Shown piece by piece: positions 62,120 to 64,000 of a stretch of DNA of 64,000 nt. Under the pieces are notes generated by a model. The model was not told the DNA's origin. It saw nothing but the letters and a program-made list of their open reading frames with translations, and searched no databases. This DNA is from Bdellovibrionales bacterium (GTDB lineage Bacteria > Bdellovibrionota > Bdellovibrionia > Bdellovibrionales > UBA1609): positions 2,080,001-2,144,000 of the forward strand of contig CBDCMT010000001.1 in the NCBI GenBank assembly GCA_965219095.1. The letters run 5' to 3'. Every line of letters starts with the position of its first letter. Within the stretch, counting starts at the first letter, position 1. A program made the position numbers and the translations under genes.

Positions 62120-63054
62120 TTTTTAAGGCCGATTTCAACAAGCCTTTGTTGTAAAAAGTTCTCCGCAGGAATAGGTTCATACTTTTTTCCCTCTCCTATA
62201 CAACTTTTTAAGCATTCAATCATAAAATCAGAGTTAGGATGAATGAAAAAAGGCATAGAATAACGGCTTATGTTTTCTGTATCAGGATTTACAACTCTGT
62301 GAGTTGTTGAGGGAAGTACATCATTAGTCAATCGTGACATCATATCACCTGTATCTAAAATGATGTTTTTAGAATCTGTGTCTATAGGAATCCAACGACA
62401 ATTCCGATCTAAGGCTTCTAAGCCTGACTGAGATGCAGAAATAAGAAGTGTAATAAGGTTAATGTCTTCATGAGCCGCTGCTCGCACAGCCCTAGGATTA
62501 TCATTTTTTCTCAGAGGAGGGTAGTGAAGAATTCTTAAAATTGTATTCCCTTCTTCTGTTACTTTATAGAAGAAGTCTGGATCAAGTTTAAGGGGAGAAG
62601 TCAAGGCTTCTAAAATTTGAAGAGAGATTTTATCTAAACAGGAATAAAGCTTTAAAAAAGTTGTTTTGAATCCTTTGATTTCTTCAGGCCATGCATTTTT
62701 AAGAAAAATTTCATAATTCCTATGACTTTTGTCTAAATTTCGTCCTATATGCCAGAACTCCTTCAAATCTGCAACTGTTTGACCCTTAGCTGTCTCTACT
62801 CCAAAGGGAGTATAACCTCTTTGTCCTGAATTTTGTAAGTCGTATTTTTTTTTGATTTTGCTATCTAGACCAAAAAATTCTTGTGATAAGCGATAGGCTT
62901 GATTCATAAGCTCTTCTGAAAGAGAGTGGTTTTTTAAGATTACAAAGCCTATATTCTGAAGACCTTCGAACAAATCTCTAGAAAACAGCTCCTTGTCTTT
63001 CTGATCTCCTAATATGTACTGCTGTAAGTTAAGTTCTTTTATGGTTTGAGGCAT
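62116..63054 (-). CDS. Isopenicillin N synthase-family 2OG-Fe(II) oxygenase
   Basis: RGY, DLKEFW, HEDIN, HRV and RYS motifs; ATG at 63054 preferred. Confidence 0.88.
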   Translation of the reverse strand: MPQTIKELNLQQYILGDQKDKELFSRDLFEGLQNIGFVILKNHSLSEELMNQAYRLSQEFFGLDSKIKKKYDLQNSGQRGYTPFGVETAKGQTVADLKEFWHIGRNLDKSHRNYEIFLKNAWPEEIKGFKTTFLKLYSCLDKISLQILEALTSPLKLDPDFFYKVTEEGNTILRILHYPPLRKNDNPRAVRAAAHEDINLITLLISASQSGLEALDRNCRWIPIDTDSKNIILDTGDMMSRLTNDVLPSTTHRVVNPDTENISRYSMPFFIHPNSDFMIECLKSCIGEGKKYEPIPAENFLQQRLVEIGLKK

Positions 63055-63140
63055 ATTCCTATAAATAGAAAAATAAAATAAACACGTCAAGCTTTCTTTA
63101 AAGCTTGAGTAAGTTTAAAAGATTAGGCATATTAAAGGGT

Positions 63141-64000
63141 GTGAAAAAAATCCCCCCTCTAGAGGGCCTGATCAAAAGACATCCTGATGGTTTTGGCTTC
63201 TTCATTCCTTTTGACAAGAAATTTCCTGATGCCTATATCACTAAACAGAAAATGAAAGGGCTTATGACAGGAGACAAGATCTTGGTTCAAATGGTTCCTG
63301 AGAGAAAATATCCTAATAAATTTAGAGTTGTAAGTTTAAAGCTTCTTGAGAGACATTTTCAATTTGTCGTAGGCCGCGTATGCCAGCTTTTTGAAGACTT
63401 CTTCGTCCTCCCCGACATCTCACAGGCTTGGGGTTCAGAGCTTTACCTCCAAGTTCCAGGAAAGCTTTCAGTAAAAACCGGAGACTGGGTTTATGTCCAG
63501 GTGACACACTATCCTCCTCGCTTGAAAGGACGTGTTGTAGAAAAGCTAGGTTCTACAGAAGACCCTTTTATCGATAACAAAAGGGTCTTACTAGAATATG
63601 GTTTAAAGCTTGAATTTTCTTCGGAAGCTCTTAGAGAGGCTGAAGAGATTTCGGAGGGTATAAAGCCTTCTTGCAAAAAAGGTAGAAAAGATCTAACTCA
63701 CCTAGGTTTTGTCACAATTGATGGACAACAAGCTAAAGATTTTGATGATGCGATTTTTGTGGATTCAAGCTCTCAAGGCTTGAACCTTTATGTGGCAATT
63801 GCTGATGTAAGTTATTATGTAAAAACTCAGTCTGCATTAGATAAAGAAGCCTTTCAAAGAGCTAACTCAATTTACTTACCTAACTTTGTGAGTCCTATGC
63901 TACCTCCTAAACTTAGTGATAATGTTTGTTCTCTTAAGCCTTGTGTAAAAAGATTAACTTTTGTATGTGAAATGTCTTTTAACTTTCAAGGACATTTAGC
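63141..64000 (+). CDS. rnr: Ribonuclease R (runs off window end)
   Basis: Manual translation: HPDGFGF...FVTIDGQQAKDFDDA...VAIADVSYYV...SIYLP....PMLP..LS...CSL. Confidence 0.92.
   Translation, partial: MKKIPPLEGLIKRHPDGFGFFIPFDKKFPDAYITKQKMKGLMTGDKILVQMVPERKYPNKFRVVSLKLLERHFQFVVGRVCQLFEDFFVLPDISQAWGSELYLQVPGKLSVKTGDWVYVQVTHYPPRLKGRVVEKLGSTEDPFIDNKRVLLEYGLKLEFSSEALREAEEISEGIKPSCKKGRKDLTHLGFVTIDGQQAKDFDDAIFVDSSSQGLNLYVAIADVSYYVKTQSALDKEAFQRANSIYLPNFVSPMLPPKLSDNVCSLKPCVKRLTFVCEMSFNFQGHL

Noticed and set aside
14555..63507. Short antisense or overlapping ORFs (e.g. 14555, 16470, 17003, 25177, 26260, 37573, 42360, 45395, 51635, 52862, 63322)
   Set aside because: Shadow frames of well-supported genes or transposases

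Overview
AT-rich bacterial chromosome segment. Gene content and order (mrcA-uvrA-sigma54 activator, lptC-lptB-rpoN-hpf, a DUF4423-like protein) suggest a Bdellovibrionota-like lineage, but this is inference. Intact housekeeping blocks include CBS/CGL, uppP, the panG-panB-panC-coaBC-coaX operon, PBP1A, UvrA, lpt/rpoN, hppD-hmgA, an RND pump, rluB-dsbD and rnr. They alternate with six IS-rich islands that together cover roughly 45% of the window by my boundary estimates. The islands hold nested ISL3, IS630 (3 types), IS66 (3 types), IS5 (3 subgroups), IS982 and IS1634 copies plus tiny end-derived MITEs, and many insertions are verifiable by TSDs. The best novelty candidate is an unannotated ~475-nt region (29873-30346) directly behind a near-consensus sigma70 promoter. 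It folds by eye into nested long-range helices with G-U pairs favouring the + strand and its 5' and 3' ends pair, so it may be a large structured ncRNA or a type-I-toxin-like mRNA. Also notable: a covarying three-way-junction structure in the ISL3 left end, 38-48 bp same-end ISL3 mini-elements, and an IS630 type that makes 3-bp TWA duplications. No rRNA, tRNA or CRISPR array was seen.
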